Source of the DNA: a virus | Taxonomy: Duplodnaviria; Caudoviricetes | DNA length: 35,373 nt | IMG/VR virus record: IMGVR_UViG_3300020042_008397 | Location: 1 to 35,373 of that record | Strand: one strand, 5' to 3' | Program-made: the position numbers and the translations under genes | Shown: piece after piece, positions 34,524 through 35,373 of the stretch | Numbering within the stretch: the first letter of the stretch is position 1 | How the letters are laid out: every line of letters starts with the position of its first letter | Notes under the pieces: model-generated | The model's database searches: none | Told to the model about the DNA's origin: nothing | The model's input: the letters and a program-made list of their open reading frames with translations, nothing else

Positions 34524-35128
34524 GCTCGGTTGAATGATTGGCAGATGAACGCTAGTGCGTTGCCGTTGCTGTTTTCGTTCACGGCTGACTCGCCATGTCC
34601 CATGCTTTTTGCTTTTGCGATTGCCGCTTGCACGTCCTCGGCTTGCTCGTCGTGGACAGTGAATGTCATTTGCTGAAACGGTTGTTTGTCGCCATCCGCT
34701 AGTTCTGGCATCCCAGCTTCTTCCACATCGAACTGCCCTAGCTCCTCATCGGTAAATCCGGTCAACGATAAATCAAAATCCAACTCCCGCAGGTCTGTCA
34801 GTTCAAGCGCGAGCATTGTTTCATCCCAGCCGCTGTTGAGTGCCAGCTTGTTGTCAGCGATGACGTAAGCCTTGCGCTGCGTCTCCGTCAGGTGATCGAG
34901 GCGAATGCACGGAACCTCGGTGAGTCCGAGCTTCTGCGCTGCCATGATGCGACCGTGACCAGCGATGATTCCGTTTTCACCGTCGATCAGCACTGGGTTA
35001 GTAAATCCAAACTCGCGGATGCTGCCTGCGATTTGCGCGACCTGAGCCTCGCTGTGCGTCCTGCTGTTCCGAGCGTATGGGATCAGTGAGTCGGTTTTGA
35101 GTATTTCTATTTTCGGTTTGTTTTTCAT
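34520..35128 (-). CDS. ParB/Srx N-terminal domain protein
   Basis: LIPYARNSRTH...SIREFGFTNPVLID...IIAGHGR...YVIADNKLALNSGWD; ATG 35128. Confidence 0.9.
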   Translation of the reverse strand: MKNKPKIEILKTDSLIPYARNSRTHSEAQVAQIAGSIREFGFTNPVLIDGENGIIAGHGRIMAAQKLGLTEVPCIRLDHLTETQRKAYVIADNKLALNSGWDETMLALELTDLRELDFDLSLTGFTDEELGQFDVEEAGMPELADGDKQPFQQMTFTVHDEQAEDVQAAIAKAKSMGHGESAVNENSNGNALAFICQSFNRA

Positions 35129-35142
35129 GACGTAGTTTTCTC

Positions 35143-35170
35143 TTGACGTGTTTTTTTCTGTTGGTAAAAT
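35143..35170 (+). promoter_or_regulatory. Sigma70-like promoter facing against the gene direction
   Basis: TTGACG-16-(TGG)TAAAAT. Confidence 0.45.
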
Positions 35171-35178
35171 CTTGTTTA

Positions 35179-35373
35179 TCACATCCTTAGCGCCTGTCTA
35201 AGCGCATCGAGTGTTGGTTTGCCGTCTCTGCCGATTGCCTGCGGTCCGAGCCTGTCAGTGATCGCCTGCCGTGCCTCGTTTGCCAGTTCGGGCGTGAGGT
35301 CGTCAATGTTCGCATCGACGCCAGCGTTGAATTGCTTTCCGAGGTCAACGCCGAATTGCGCGACGTTCGGAGC
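35179..35373 (-). CDS. C-terminal fragment of a protein beginning outside the window (not in track; possibly Mu gpF-like minor head protein)
   Basis: Open frame from the window edge: APNVAQFGVDLGKQFNAGVDANIDDLTPELANEARQAI...LRM-stop; product guess is weak. Confidence 0.55.
   Translation of the reverse strand, partial: APNVAQFGVDLGKQFNAGVDANIDDLTPELANEARQAITDRLGPQAIGRDGKPTLDALRQALRM

Larger units (their letters stand above)
1..35373 (-). mobile_element. Tailed dsDNA bacteriophage genome segment (siphovirus-like), both ends truncated
   Basis: Ordered terminase-portal-protease-capsid-tail-lysis module plus recombination/replication module; dense overlapping minus-strand ORFs; no host housekeeping genes; ORFs run off both window ends. 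Confidence 0.97.

Noticed and set aside
1-35373. Integrated prophage with att sites, or alternative genetic code
   Set aside because: No integrase, host genes or att repeat seen; standard code gives full-length genes at high coding density

Overview
The whole window is most of a tailed dsDNA (siphovirus-like) phage genome, with almost all genes on the minus strand. Right to left: ParB-domain plus Mom-like DNA-modification pair, small and large (lambda gpA-type) terminase, an inserted small ATP-dependent DNA ligase, gpW-like, portal, S49 protease, scaffold, P22-coat-like major capsid protein, neck and tail genes with a lambda-type GGGAAAG -1 frameshift, a very short tape measure, tail tip and fibre, and a lysis module (holin-like, CHAP endolysin). 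Next comes a ~1 kb non-coding control region with two small plus-strand ORFs. The early leftward arm follows: RHH regulator, RecT/RecE, nuclease, MazG-like, SSB-like, SF2 helicase-DNA methyltransferase fusion, and a replication initiator with iterons. No integrase or repressor is seen. The most unusual content is non-coding: (i) a tandem set of promoter-short RNA-terminator units at 13.9-14.4 kb whose terminator loops are complementary to their own 5' boxes and to each other, with the same architecture in the replication-gene leader; (ii) a 130-nt tRNA-like RNA with an expanded, anticodon-less middle that shares the AACGATGC motif; (iii) a 19-bp motif upstream of three late transcription units. 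All protein calls are from motif recognition by eye; no searches were run.
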